This document shows, in pieces, positions 27,020-39,900 of a stretch of 64,000 nucleotides of DNA. How positions within the stretch are numbered: position 1 is the stretch's first letter; the number at the start of each line of letters is the position of its first letter. The stretch is from Camelus ferus (lineage: Eukaryota). The translations under genes were made by a program, and so were the position numbers. Under the pieces are notes generated by a model. That model did not search any database. It saw only the letters and a list, made by a program, of their open reading frames with translations, and had not been told where the DNA came from. The DNA is taken from positions 79,424,001 through 79,488,000 of the forward strand of contig NC_045696.1 of the NCBI RefSeq assembly GCF_009834535.1, read 5' to 3'.

Positions 27020-27512
27020 CATCCTCAGTTGGGACATATATGTTTAAATACAGGCAATCTTCACTCTGGTCTTGTACGTATGATGAAACCACATCCAAGT
27101 TATTAGTAAACCACACAGGAAGCATGACTTCTGGCAATCTGCCATCAATGATATTCTGGGGACACACAGGTGCAAACTGAGTAGCATTCCTGACATCTGA
27201 CCAGGGAGATGGTGGTTCTGGAGGCTGAAAACGATGTTCCCCTGTTGGCGGGGCTGCATATGGAACCCCAAGAAACTGAATAACAGGACCCAAAATTTCA
27301 TTATTGAGTTCTTTCTTAACCCCTCTTATCTTGCCGAAGTTGGTAGTCACCAGAGGGTCTGCATCATCCAATTTCTGTGAGAGCACATGGGCAGCCTGAA
27401 GCAAACAGCCCAGCAAACAGAGGGTCAATGAGGCACCCAATCCCCTGTGGACCAAGCACGCCATTACTGCTCTCCACGTATAAGTTGACCACGTGCATCT
27501 GGGCAGTGCCAT
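27020..27512 (-). CDS. NLGN1: Neuroligin-1, first coding exon (codons 1-164 plus 1 nt): signal peptide and start of the cholinesterase-like ectodomain
   Basis: Translation MALPRCTW...HVLSQKLDD...LGVPYAAPP...[11 protein letters not shown]...[15 protein letters not shown] matches the known NLGN1 N-terminus, including the carboxylesterase type-[11 protein letters not shown] motif. Strong Kozak context GGGACCATGG. The exon ends at GAT G|GTGAGT (donor GT at 27019-27018, phase 1). Confidence 0.98.
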
Positions 27513-27832
27513 GGTCCCACATTAGTTGTGTAGTTGTCTGGTTACAGTGAGGCGAAGGTATTTGTATCCACTTGAGACAGATTGTCTAATGGTAGAACAC
27601 ACCTCCGATTTCTTAAAGGTGAGCTTGTCAAGAAAAGCTCAGAAAGCTCTTCATGCAGCCAGTATCTCCCATTGATTTCACACGTATTGAAGTAGTATCT
27701 TCAGTCATCACTATTTATCAGACCATATCCTATTGATCATTCTGTTTTCCACAGTAGCAATGTGACGAGAGTGGCCATTGACTGTACATTTCCCTCTTAT
27801 AAATCAAATCCAGTTAGCTTCAGGTCTATATC
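27513..27832 (-). other. NLGN1: 5'UTR part of the NLGN1 first coding exon (320 nt)
   Basis: Minus-strand acceptor ...tattttcatttttttctag|G with AG at 27834-27833 after a pyrimidine tract. The length agrees with my recollection of the human exon starting at c.-320. Confidence 0.88.
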
Positions 27833-30014
27833 CTAGAAAAAAATGAAAATAAATCATTAGTATGAACAAGCTAAATAGACAAGAGTGATAACTAGATGTT
27901 TTACCAGCTACAGAAATACATTCATAGCGGCTGGAGTCAGGTGAATTAAGTACTACCACAGGAAAATCATGGTTTGATGTGAGATGACAAGTGAAATAAC
28001 TGATTATTAGAAGAGTGAGACACTTGCCTCCTGACTTTATACACATTCAAAGTGGAAGCCAGCCTTGTCAAAATACAGAGTTTCAGAAGCATTTTACAAC
28101 ATGGTTTTCTTAAAAACTGAAGGCTATATGTGAAATTTTCCCTTTATTGAAGGTCTTCAGTCACTTCAAGGAACCACACTATTAATCACCAAACATACTA
28201 AAAATTAGAATTCAAGAGCAGAAAATCTTTTTTTTTAAATATTGGTAGGGATTTAGTGGAATGTAAAAAAAAACTGTAAGAATGACTCTCTCTCTCTCAT
28301 ATATATATATTATATATCACACAAACAAACAAATAAAAAGGTGGTCCCTAATCCCATGCTATACAGAAAAAACAAAGCTAATGTCAGGATAAGAAACCCA
28401 GTACTAGTTCAACTATGATCATTTAAATGCAACTACCTTATAAGGTCAATCTCCTTGCTGTTTCTCCAAAGTATGCAAAAAATCACTGGCTACAGGTCCC
28501 TCATCATAAATTAAGATTCAAGAACTTAAAAGACAAAATGGCTTCAGACACAATTTGAAAAGAGACAACTTGGCACCATTTTTGCAGACTTTTTTTTTTT
28601 TTTTTTACCATCTAGCTATATATTTTAGGTATCAGTAAATTTGCAACAGGAAAATTAATGTCTGAATCAAAGTCAATATACTTTAAATTACAAATGTTTT
28701 CACTATCTGTTAGAGATCAAAGGAACACTACAAAAAAAAAGTGTGGTAGTTTAAAAGAACAATCATACCTAATCATAGCATCTTGCATATTAATACTAAT
28801 CAAATATCTAATGCTGTTTACCCAGTTCAACTTAAGATGCATCAGAAAAAATGAAACACTCAGTGCAGTGCAATTCAGAGTGTAATCTTACATGAACTGC
28901 AAAATAGCACACAACTTGGCAAATTTGTCTTTTCTTGTTCAAGCAACCTTTTAAAGTGCTTAGTTTGAAAATAATAGTGTTGATTTGTATTACAGATGGT
29001 TCTATCCTGTCATACTATGGGAAGATTCCTGAAGAAGTGCTGGTCTAGCAGTGAGGCTGTCCTGACTTTGTGCTATTGAAAAAGAGATTGTGAAAACTAT
29101 ATAGGGCAGCAGGAGATTTGGTTCAAGCCTGGGGTTCCTTTAGCTCCGCACAATTCACCACAGAAGGCAATGAGATAAATGTCTTCCTCGAGAATACTCC
29201 AGTCTGTGTTAATTTGCATACCTTTGCTGTGAAAGCATATTAACATACAAAAGACAGGCTTAGACCCATCCCATTTCTGTCCCAGAACGCTAGCATATAT
29301 TGAAGATTTAGCTACATAAATCAATTCCTGTTAAGAGCATATTATGTTCATTCTTGCGCAGAATTGTGGTGGGTCACAGCATGGCTGAGTCTTTCCTAGT
29401 CACCTTTTGGTGTTAAAAAGCACAATTTTGACACCTAAAATAGAGAACTTGTGATAAGGCCTTAAAAGTCTCTATCATCATATTTTATTCAGCCTAATTA
29501 TCAAGCACAGTGGTTTCCAAAAATTCTTTTTTACATACTTGGTATCTCATCAATAATAAAAAGTACTTGTTTGGTTACTAACAAAATAACATTCATTTTT
29601 GTACTCACAAATCTTTAACTGTGTTAAAAATAAAAGGGTTGCTGTTTCCCACGGACGTGCTACTTTAACATAACTTGTGGAGGATTAGAATTCTGCACAC
29701 CACAGTAAATTTTCAAATTCTAATAATGTTTAGCTTTTTGAGGTTACAAAAATACCCCATTATACATGGGTGTCCCTGTATGGAGAACTACAGTATCAAC
29801 CCCAAATATTTTTTAGAAGTCACTATTATAATAACAACAGTTGCCCAAGTCTAATGTAAAACTATGGCTTCTTTAAATAGCTGAAAATTTATATATAGGG
29901 AGAATTATATATATATCCTAAATATAAAGACTCTTAAATTTGTTGGCAGGGCTTTTCTTTTTCTGTCTATTGGTGTTTCCTTAGTATTTGCCAAACCCTT
30001 AGCTTTTATGAATT

Positions 30015-30200
30015 TACACCTCATTTACAACAACCCTATAAACTGGGTTCAACAGTTATCGCCTTTTTACTCACAAGGAACTGAGACTTAAAAGAGGTTA
30101 AGTACCGTGGCCCAGGTCTCTCAGCGAATCAATAGCAGATCCAGGAGCCCACTGGCATCTAATTTAAAGGCCAGCCTCTTGATCACTACACACCATACAG
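30015..30200 (-). mobile_element. MIR SINE, antisense
   Basis: ttacaacaaccctata...aaggaactgagactta..gaggttaagtaccgtggcccaggtc. Confidence 0.7.
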
Positions 30201-30479
30201 TCTCTCACTTCACAATTAACACATTTTAAAAACTTGATCCTAGTGCATTTAAAATTGAATTGTCAAAGTGTTTTATGTTCCTTCAGAAAATAGAATATAG
30301 GTAAATACTCTGACAATTTCATAAAAACAGAGAAATTTTAAATGGCCTACTCTGTTCTTATTGGAACTTTAGATTTTATTTTGTTACCTTTTTTACCTTG
30401 TTACACTGAATGCAGTGATTGGGTGTTCATATGTATTTAAGCAAGATCATGTTAAAATAATAATAGGTAATCAAAAAAA

Positions 30480-30990
30480 GCCTAAGTTCATAATTGCATA
30501 AATGTCCATTAATAGATATTGATAAATGAATTATGATATATTCACAAATTAAAATCCTATACTTCAGTGAAAATAAAGAACTTAGACCTAAATATATTGC
30601 CATAGATAAATCTCAAAATTTTTGAGCAAAGCAAACAAACTGCAGAAGATTAGGTACAGTAAAATGCCATTTAAGTAAAGCTTAAAATATGCAAAACAAA
30701 ACTGCATATTATTCAGATGCATAAATATGTAATAACAGAATATTTGTTATCCATGGATAAGGAGGAAAGGGTATGAAATTAGTTCTAGCAAGTAATTAAT
30801 GTTATTAATTGATTAATTGGAACTAAGAATGATAATCTGTGATGAAACCTTAAAATATCATAATTAATTAACTACAACAAGTTTCACAAATCTAAGAGTT
30901 GATAGTGTTGGGTAATACACACACACACATATTAGTTATGAAATTATCTGTATTTTTCTGTATGTTTGAAATAATTTATAATATATCCAT
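30480..30990 (+). mobile_element. Old L1ME-like 3' fragment
   Basis: aaatgtccattaatagat...gataaatgaattatgatatattcaca...atagataaatctcaaa. Confidence 0.55.
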
Positions 30991-31939
30991 TAAAATGATG
31001 AGGTCAGAAAAGCCTTATTCAGCAGTTCAGACAAGTAGGTGAGCCTAGAAATCCACACAGGACTAGCTTCCTGACTTTGCAGCAGGTGGAGATACTAGCT
31101 CACAAATTCCCCCGTTTTTTCTCCCTTTGGGTTAAAGCATGTACCTCCCCACTGAGATAAATAAATTAATAATAAATAACACTTATAAGGACATCATAAA
31201 TGGGAATATATTATCTCCTTGCATTAATTCATCATAACAGTTGGTCCATCAACTAGTTTGTTCCTGAGTGACCCAGATCAAAGATGATGCTGGAGAGAGT
31301 AGAGAGAAATCTCTGGGACATTAAATAATCACAGTGGGTGGACACATCCAACTAACCTTTTGTTCACTCAACAAACATGTATTTGGTATCTACAATGTAT
31401 ATGCTGTTGCACTAAATGTTATGAGGATTTAAAGACAGGTACAATCTAGTCACTGCTCCCAAATAACTACAATATTGCAAAGAAATAAGTTACATAAAAA
31501 ATGGCTCTACTGTAGGTTGGAATGTGACATGTGTTCAATAAATACATACGAAGTACAAGGAGGTGGGACCCAGGAGGATGTTTCCAACTTCTAACTTTAC
31601 ATAGCTTTTGATGTGTCTTTTTAAAAATTATTACCTATATATTTTCTACCTTTGTTTTTATTGCAGAACCAATTCCCCCTACTGATTTCTTATTTAGGAG
31701 CAAGGATTTTGTGTTGTTATTTTTTTTAATATCTTTACATCTATCATAAAATCTAGGTGAAAGTCCCTTACATAGAGCAGGCATAGGTAAGTCTCAGCTG
31801 ATCTGGATTGACTGCACGTTTACCACCAGAGCTGCATGGAGCTTGGCCAATGCTATACAATTGATGGTTGTTATTCATCATAGTTATGTTCTATAAAGTC
31901 ACTGCGAATTAGGGAATGCAGATCCACTGCTCTGAGGGA

Positions 31940-32090
31940 AATGCGTGTGTGTATGTATACATACACATGAACGTGTATATATGTATATGTACCTGTATAT
32001 ATGTGGGTATAGGCATACACACACATACATTCATGTGTGCATGTGTACATGCGTGCACACACACACAAATATACATACACATATTTCACA
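31940..32090. repeat. Degenerate alternating purine-pyrimidine (TG/CA/TA) low-complexity tract
   Basis: Directly visible. Confidence 0.85.
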
Positions 32091-32324
32091 TAGCTATAAA
32101 TTCTAATCTTCAACCCTAAAGCAATTCATCCTAGTAGACTCCATTTTCTTTATTTTAAAAAAAGAGAAAACAAAGTTCAGAAGTGCCTAGTGACGTGTCT
32201 GAGGTCACCTCGCTAACAGATGCCAGCGCTGGGACTCACACCCACTCCGACTGGCCCCAGAGCTGAAGATTCTTGCTCTATATCGCACTCCCTACCATCT
32301 CCAACCTCTGTCCATCTCTGAGTG

Positions 32325-32526
32325 GAGCTGAAACAAGAAGTCAGACCATCACCTTGCTCCACCTCAGCAGGAAACGTGCTCATGGGGTGACTCACATTTT
32401 TTGCATCTTGGCTCATGTCTGTGAATGACTGCAAAGGCTCTGTGAGTATTGACTTTGGGGTTACAAATAAATTTTACTGAATAGGCAAATTTGCACATTC
32501 AGATACAGGAATAACGAAGATTGACT
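32325..32526 (-). mobile_element. TcMar-Tigger fragment (MER82-like)
   Basis: gtattgactttggggttacaaataaattttactgaataggcaaatttgc...gaataacgaagattgactg resembles a Tigger-type terminus. Confidence 0.7.
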
Positions 32527-32689
32527 GATCAACTAAAGACAAAAAATGTTTTGTACCTGTAAATCTATCAGCTGTTCTGAGGTCAGAACATAGCCTGTCA
32601 ACAGCACTTAGTAATAGTAATGGGATTTGAGAATTGGACCTAGTAATAACAATTTAATAACTGCATTTACTAATAACTGGTTTCAGTGG

Positions 32690-33035
32690 AATGTGACAGT
32701 TTTCATTTCAGTGGCCAAGCCCAGCCATGTAACTGAAATGTGCTTATGGGACCAGCTCACCATAAGTGAACCTGACCACCAGCAGACTGTGGCCTTGCTC
32801 TATCAAGATGTCTCACATGCACACTGGTGGTGGTTCAAGACCTGGAGATAAGGGGTAACCGGTGGGACCCAGCAGTGGGAGAACAAAGAAGCCTGAGTCT
32901 GAGATTTCCAGACCCCATTCAATGCATACTTTTCTCCTGCTGTTGCTCTATCATATTATTTGCCTATAGTAAAGCTGTCCAAAGAGTATAAACTATTTTG
33001 AGTCCTGTAAGGCCTTTCAGTAACTGAACACTTAA
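32690..33035 (+). mobile_element. ERVL LTR remnant (MER21/MER68/MER77-like)
   Basis: 3' motif agtataaactattttgagtcctgtaaggcctttcagtaactgaacac. Confidence 0.45.
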
Positions 33036-34799
33036 AGTAACTAATGTGTGATTAATTCACACAGTAAGTAATTAAAAATGAGAAGAATAAACGAATGCAA
33101 TCAGGGAAAAAAATGCTGTTAGGCTTCAAAAGAAAAGACAGATTTACCTCGAGTCAGTGGATTAGGAAAGAGTTCATGAATCAGGAGGAATATGAACTGG
33201 TCCTCAAAGAATTAGACCAACACTGATAGTCACAGAAGGAATTCCAGGTAGAGGGCACATTCTAGAAACAGTGGGAAAGACATGTAATGGATAGTGTGGT
33301 GCTCAACCTCCCATATTCCGAGTGGCAAGTCCACACCAGCGTAGAAAGGTCTGGTCTTCTTGCCTCACTGCAGACCAAATCTGCAGGGCCAGCCCAGTCC
33401 CAAAGCTCCATGTGGAAAGGGGCAGAGGGAGGAGATGGTTGTCATTCTGACTCCCTCCCAGATGTTTTTCCTAATGGTATGTCCCAATAAATTTTTTCCA
33501 GGCAAATCTCCATCTCAGAGTCTTTTTCTTTTTCTCTTGGAAACCTGACCTATGACAGAAAGGAAACAGGCAGCCACATTTGGGGAGGGCACAGTTTAGA
33601 CTGGCCACAACACAGAGTAAATGAGAGGTTGAGCACTGGGTGAGACTGGAAAGACAGGTTATAGCCAAATCAAGCAAGCCCTTCTTTAAAAGGCTAAAAA
33701 GTTTGAATTGTGTTCGTTAGATGATGAAAAGCCATTAAATAGTCTTAGCAGGGGAAGAGTATTCTCAAATCTATTTATAAGAAAATTAAACTGGCAGTAC
33801 TGTGCAGCAGAGCTCTCTAAAGCAGTGTGTTTATACCTCACCACAAGAGGACCAGATGAGAGAAGGGAAGTAAATTGTTGACTTTCTATGTATTATAATT
33901 TTTCATGTAAAGCAAAAAAGAGAAAGAAATTAAGCTTTGCTTATATGAATACATGGTTTCATGCCAGTGTCTTTACATGGCTGTGTTGTGCACACAGCGC
34001 TTGTGATGTTCTTGGGAAGGTGATGGTTCTACACTGTGGTGGCTTTACCAACAGTGAGTGGCATTTTGTTATTGTTACTGTTCCTTTTCACTGTTTGGTG
34101 AGGTATTAGAGCTAACACCACTGAATAAGCAGATTTATCTATTTTTCATCATGTTATAATTAATGTAACCCTCACAAAATGGACTAGTGAATTAAGTTTT
34201 TCCCACAAGATAAATATAGATGAAAGGAAATCCTAGTACTAGGATCATAAGGACAAGAAAGGAACAGAAATGAAACGTCTCCTACTTCCAGTACAAGCTC
34301 TCCTTTAGCTACTGCGCAAGGCTGAAAATAATGGCTATGGGATCATATACAACAACAAGCAGACAAAAGCGTTTGAAAGCACCAAGAAGATAACTTTGAA
34401 GTGCAAATTCATATCCATTTTAGTAGCTGTGAACTGTGCCCCGAGTACCTCTACATCTTGAGCTATCAAATGATGGAATGAAGGCATCAAGTTTACAAGA
34501 TGTTAAAAAATACTGACTTTATCTTTCTCATCATTTAATGTCTATTTTTGTGTATGTTTTGCAACCTGATGATAGAGGTATTTATATAAGAATACATAAG
34601 TATATATTTTATACTTTTTATGATTTGGTTTTCAAAAACAGAGCATGATATGACCACAAAGGTGTGGAAACCATTACCTTAGTGAATGAATTGGTGGGAA
34701 AGAAATTAGAAATAATTTTATTTTTATGTTCAGTTTGAAGTATAGCTGAATATATCCAAATTTTTGTGAAAATTATATCACAAACAGCTACTACTATAG

Positions 34800-34949
34800 A
34801 TCACCAACTACTTGCCAAGCCCTGTCCAAAGCACTTTATACATTTCATGTCATCCAGTCCTCACAACAAACTTATAAGCCAAGTATTTTTATCTGAGATG
34901 AGGAAAATGAGGCTTTAGGTGGTTAGATAACTTTCTTACGGCCACAAAG

Positions 34950-34983
<34 letters not shown>

Positions 34984-35020
34984 CTGCCTAACTGCAAAGA
35001 ACATGCCCTGAACCTTTATG
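34800..35020 (-). mobile_element. MIR SINE, antisense, with an internal long polyA
   Basis: agcactttatacatttcatgtcatccagtcctcacaaca...gatgaggaaaatgaggctt..ggttagataactt. Confidence 0.7.
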
Positions 35021-36469
35021 ATGCATGACATTTTGCTTTGCTCCTGAATGAGGCTAGCTCAATAAAGTCACATGCTCAGTTTGAGAGTTTTGTGGAGAGT
35101 GAAACACACAGGACATCAACAGGAGGCACACAGGAAGGTGGTTGGTCAGTTTGCTGGGGTTAATTAATTGGCATAATTTGGAGCAGTTCCAAATAATGTG
35201 GTACTGAGAGTTTTTCCAGTAATACCCTATAATCTGGGGCAGAGAGTAAATGATAGATGTTAGAACTGAGGATAAGCAAAGCAAGAATGGTAGAATTTTA
35301 AGAAGCAAAAGTTATGAGAAATGGTAATTCTAGTGTTCAATAGATTAACTAAATTTGGGTAGAAAGGTAAGCAGTACCAGAAGTGTACAAGGAAAAAAAG
35401 AAACAATCAGAACCCAACATGAAGATGGGACTATCAAAGCTCAAGACCTTAATCATGTAGAAGTTCAAGGGCTATCATAGCCCATGTTGTGGCCATACCA
35501 ACACGTAGCTATTAAAAACAAATGTGGTGACAAGTATATTCTGCCTTGACCATCATTAATCAATTAATAACGATTAATGCTAGCACTAAGGCACATGGAC
35601 TGGGGCCAGTGAGCTAACTACATCATTTCATCTAATTGTCTCTAAATACCATGAGGTAGAGATAATTATCATCTCTGTGTAACAGGTAATTAAACTAAAG
35701 ATCAGAAACACAAAGCCACTGAAACATTTTTCAATAAAACAAGAACACAATTTTATGAACATAGTGAGTTCCAACAAATAGAAAGAAATAAGGCAGAAGA
35801 ATTAATACACTCTAAATAAAAACCCTGCCTCCTCCTCAGCTTTGTCCAGGGCCTCCTTCTTGGAGGAAGGGGAGGCAGGACTCGGTGGGTACCCAGGTCA
35901 CATCCCAATCTCTCTTCCTTTCTTCTGCAGAAAATGTAAGTGGGGTTCTACTTGCTCTCTCTCTCCTTGGGCTCCTTCCAATCTCAGTGAACTCCCATGA
36001 TACAAGTAAATAACAGAGAAAACAATGTCAAGGAGAAAAAGCAAACTAAAATTTGACAGTAATAGGAGAAAAAAATTGACCAACAAAATATTTTAAAGAG
36101 CAGTAAGGAAAAAATTCATGAGTATACAGCAGAGGTTATACTTGGTGGCAAACTATCTTTGTGAACGATACTAATAAAAACAAACACAACACAGCACTGG
36201 GAGCAGTGGTCAGTGAATTAAGTCCAAATTGTTTACCAAGATCTTCTGTCCTGGAGAATACTCCACCCCCTCAGATTTTGCCTGGAAGACTCCCGCTGAA
36301 AGCCCTCAAGGCCTGGATTAAATGTCAGCACTGCTCTCCAGATCCTCCCAGCCACAAAAGCACTCCCTTCCCTCAGCTCCCAAAGCACTTGTTATCTTTC
36401 TTGTAACTGAACTTCCTGCAGTACTTCCTATCTCTGTAATTTGTAAACTCAGATTCCTTCTTCACTTTA

Positions 36470-36925
36470 CATTCTTACATCATTTAGTGCCGGGCCCTGG
36501 AGAGGCCAAGATGAACAGACAGGCATGGTGATAACTCTCACAGAGACTGAAGTTCAGTAGGGAAGACAAACTTCATGTGAAGCAATCACACAGATGACGA
36601 TATAGTCATAAATGCTTTGCCAAGAATGACGATACAGGGTGCTCTGAGGGGCGAGTTCATGAGTCTGGAGTGCGAAGGATGGTCTTCCTGAAGAAGTGAT
36701 CTGTAAACTGAGATCTGAAAGATGAGCAGAAGTTGGCAGGGGGAAAGTGTGTCAGACAGAAGCAAGAGGAAACCTAAGTAAGTGCTGTGAAGCTTGGGAC
36801 TTTCAATGAACAAAGAGATCAGTGTGTTCAGAGAAGGGTGGGGCATCAGGCTGGAGAGGAACTGACAATTCAAGAACGCCTAGGTCAAAAAATTAAGGAT
36901 GTGAGATCTTATCCCAAGCATGATG
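36470..36925 (-). mobile_element. L2 fragment, antisense
   Basis: gtgccgggccctggagaggccaagatgaacagac...gtcttcctgaagaagtgatctgtaaactgagatctgaaagatgag. Confidence 0.65.
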
Positions 36926-39900
36926 AGAATAATTATAATCACAAAAATAACAATCAGATTAGCCATTTGAATCATTGATTTGTAACAACTATCCCCAGAA
37001 CGACTCATTACATTGTAGGTCATCAGAGAATATTTCTGGAATAAATAACCCATTCATTTATTATATTATTTTTCATCAATTAACTCCACCCTCAGACTTT
37101 ATTTATTCATTGGTGATGCCTGACCTCTGGGAAGGCATTATCTTAATTATAGTTGCAGCAAAAGGGGGTAAAACAGAGAAGAGGTGAAAACAAACTGAAG
37201 TACAATGAAAATTCCTCTTCATGCAGGGGTGCACATGGATGGCCATAAAGACTGGTGGCTACTTCCATTATTGTTTGGCCAAAAATGGGATGCTAAGATG
37301 TCACAGCAGCTTTCCGACAACACAATGGAAAACAGATGAAAGTGACAGCATTTCCTTCTACAACTGAACACTTCTGCTAAGACCATCATTACAACAAACG
37401 GCTAAACAATGGTGAGTTTCTCGTTTGTTCTGTTTTGGGGATGAAGCCGAAACAATCCATTTAACATTTAACTATATAAAATAAGTTTTACTTTCTGTTT
37501 ATTCTGACCCTATTCTCAGACAGAATCTCCAAATATCAACTGTTAAATGTAAAATCTAATGAGAAGTCTTGACTTCCAAATGAGCAAGAAGGTTAACAGG
37601 GTGAGAACGGCAGGAATTGATAAAATAGGTTGTTAAAAAACAAAAGTGTGGGCAACAGTTTTGATGTATATGTAAGAAACTGCAGGACACATTTTAAAAA
37701 CCAATTAACGATGCTGAGATCCCCCAGAAGAAAATGAATAATCATTCAAGAGCTTAGGAGAGATAGCCAGGTAGAACCGATCGCTTCCCTTGGTATTAAA
37801 GTGATGCTTTTGTCTGAAAAGGGCCACCTTTGGGTTGCAAGTCATACTGTCCAGAAGCAACTTAACTATGCCTGCCAGGATCTTTATGGAGAAAACAGTA
37901 CAACCTAAGAGCAGTGCTACGTTCTCAACTCACTATTTAAACCTAGTTTTGTTTCTGGTGAGTTGCTGTGCCTGGGAAGAGTGAAGACTTGCCATTCCTG
38001 GTGTCCTGCTTAATTAAAGTCCTCTTTAAAACATCCCTTGCTGCCAGAGGATAGCTATAAGTTTGGCAGAGGCAGTGCTAAGTTTCTCAGTATGGCCCTG
38101 TGCCAGGGTGAGTCAATCTTGACCTCTTGGAGGATGATTAGCAGAGAGGGGGCAGTTAAACCTTTGTGCCCATTCAGTCCTAGGCTTCTGCTGGGATTGG
38201 CAAATACTACACTTGCCATTGTTTAAGGAGTCACTGTCTGCTAGAAACTGGATGAAGACTGCCAACTCCTTTCATGTAAGGTACCAAACAACATCAGTGG
38301 TTCCTATCACTCTTGACCTGACTGCGAGCTAAACCAGGGCCCCAGAGGGGAAAGAATATTACATTTGCAATCTTCTTCAGATATCTACATCTTTTATTTT
38401 CCCTTCATATTATAGCTCTATTAGTACTAATAATAACAAAATTCAAAACAACGCTCTATTCATGGGCCATTTGCGTAATAAAACATCAATGAGCATATAT
38501 ATTCACAAGAAATTACTATACACATGGAACACAAATTTAAATGAATTCACCACTTAAATAAATTTGAATAATAGGGAACTTATAACTATAAAGTGTTTAA
38601 AAAAACAAAAATCTTAGTTATGACCAAAATGCCAAATGTCATTATATTTTAGATCTTAATATTTATGTTCTAAATGTTTGAAATAATTTTCAATGCTTCC
38701 AAAGTTCCTTGAGATACCACATTTTCTACACGGCAGAAAATAGCTCTAATGCACATTTTGATAAATTATAAACATAAATAATCCTATTACACTTGTAAGT
38801 CTTGATAAAATAATTTATTTTAAAAAGTCAATAAACCATATAAAATTTCACTAAAATGTTTCAATTATTATTTGCCTTTGATTAAAATGCAATCTTTCAT
38901 ATGTATTCATTTCTACTTTTGGAATTTGCACATCGCTTTAAAATATCTGTCAATTCAAATAATAATTGATTTATGTTAAGAAAAAATTAAAAGCAAAAAA
39001 AAGAGACCAGGTATTAAGCAAGAAGGTTACATATTTAGTTGTTAACATCCAAGGCTAGAACAAATCTTCATTCATTTGACAATATTTATTGGTCACTGAT
39101 AATATGCAAAGTACTGTTCTAGATGCTGGGGAGAAACACATAGCTTTGAACAGCCAGATAAAAACCCTGCTGTCACTGAGGTTACATGGACTACTACTAC
39201 TGTATTATTGGGGCATGTAAAATGTCTTACTTTTGTATATTAAATAACCCCTCAGAGTTATTACTAAATACCACAGCTCTAAATAATAGAAGCTTTTGGC
39301 ATCAGTCTCAAGCAACATACTCATTAGAACACTTGGCACAGTTAAAGAGGTAATGAAACTAGTAACCTTTTTTTTTTTTAAACCGGTAAGAGAAAAGACA
39401 GATAATGTCACTTGTGTGCAAAGTTATGGACAGCTAACTAATATTAATTTAAATTAAAAGTAACAGATGCATTGACTTGAAACGTAACAGTTACTGAAAT
39501 GAACTTTATTCCTTTTAGAGTTGTGGTTAACTATTAAATGGCTTAAGTGTTACTTTCAGGTGTGAATATTGTGACAAATGTTGGTCAATGTGATACGTAG
39601 TAATCACTGTTTTCCTGGTCAGTTCTGTCATAAGAGGAATGGTTGCCCTATGAGAAAAACTTAAGCTAGTGATAATTCCAAGCTAATTTTTATCAATTCA
39701 GTATTCACTGATTTAATGTGTGACCATGTTGAATTTCCAAACATGGTGAACATTCTATATGACAATATGTAAGTCTTCACCATGATTATTTTAAAAAGAC
39801 AACAAGATTTTCAATTCACTTTGAAATGTTACAACTAATCTCTTTTTTTCTGAAGACTCAACATTCATTGGGTGTTTCAAGGAAGAAAAAACTACTGTTA

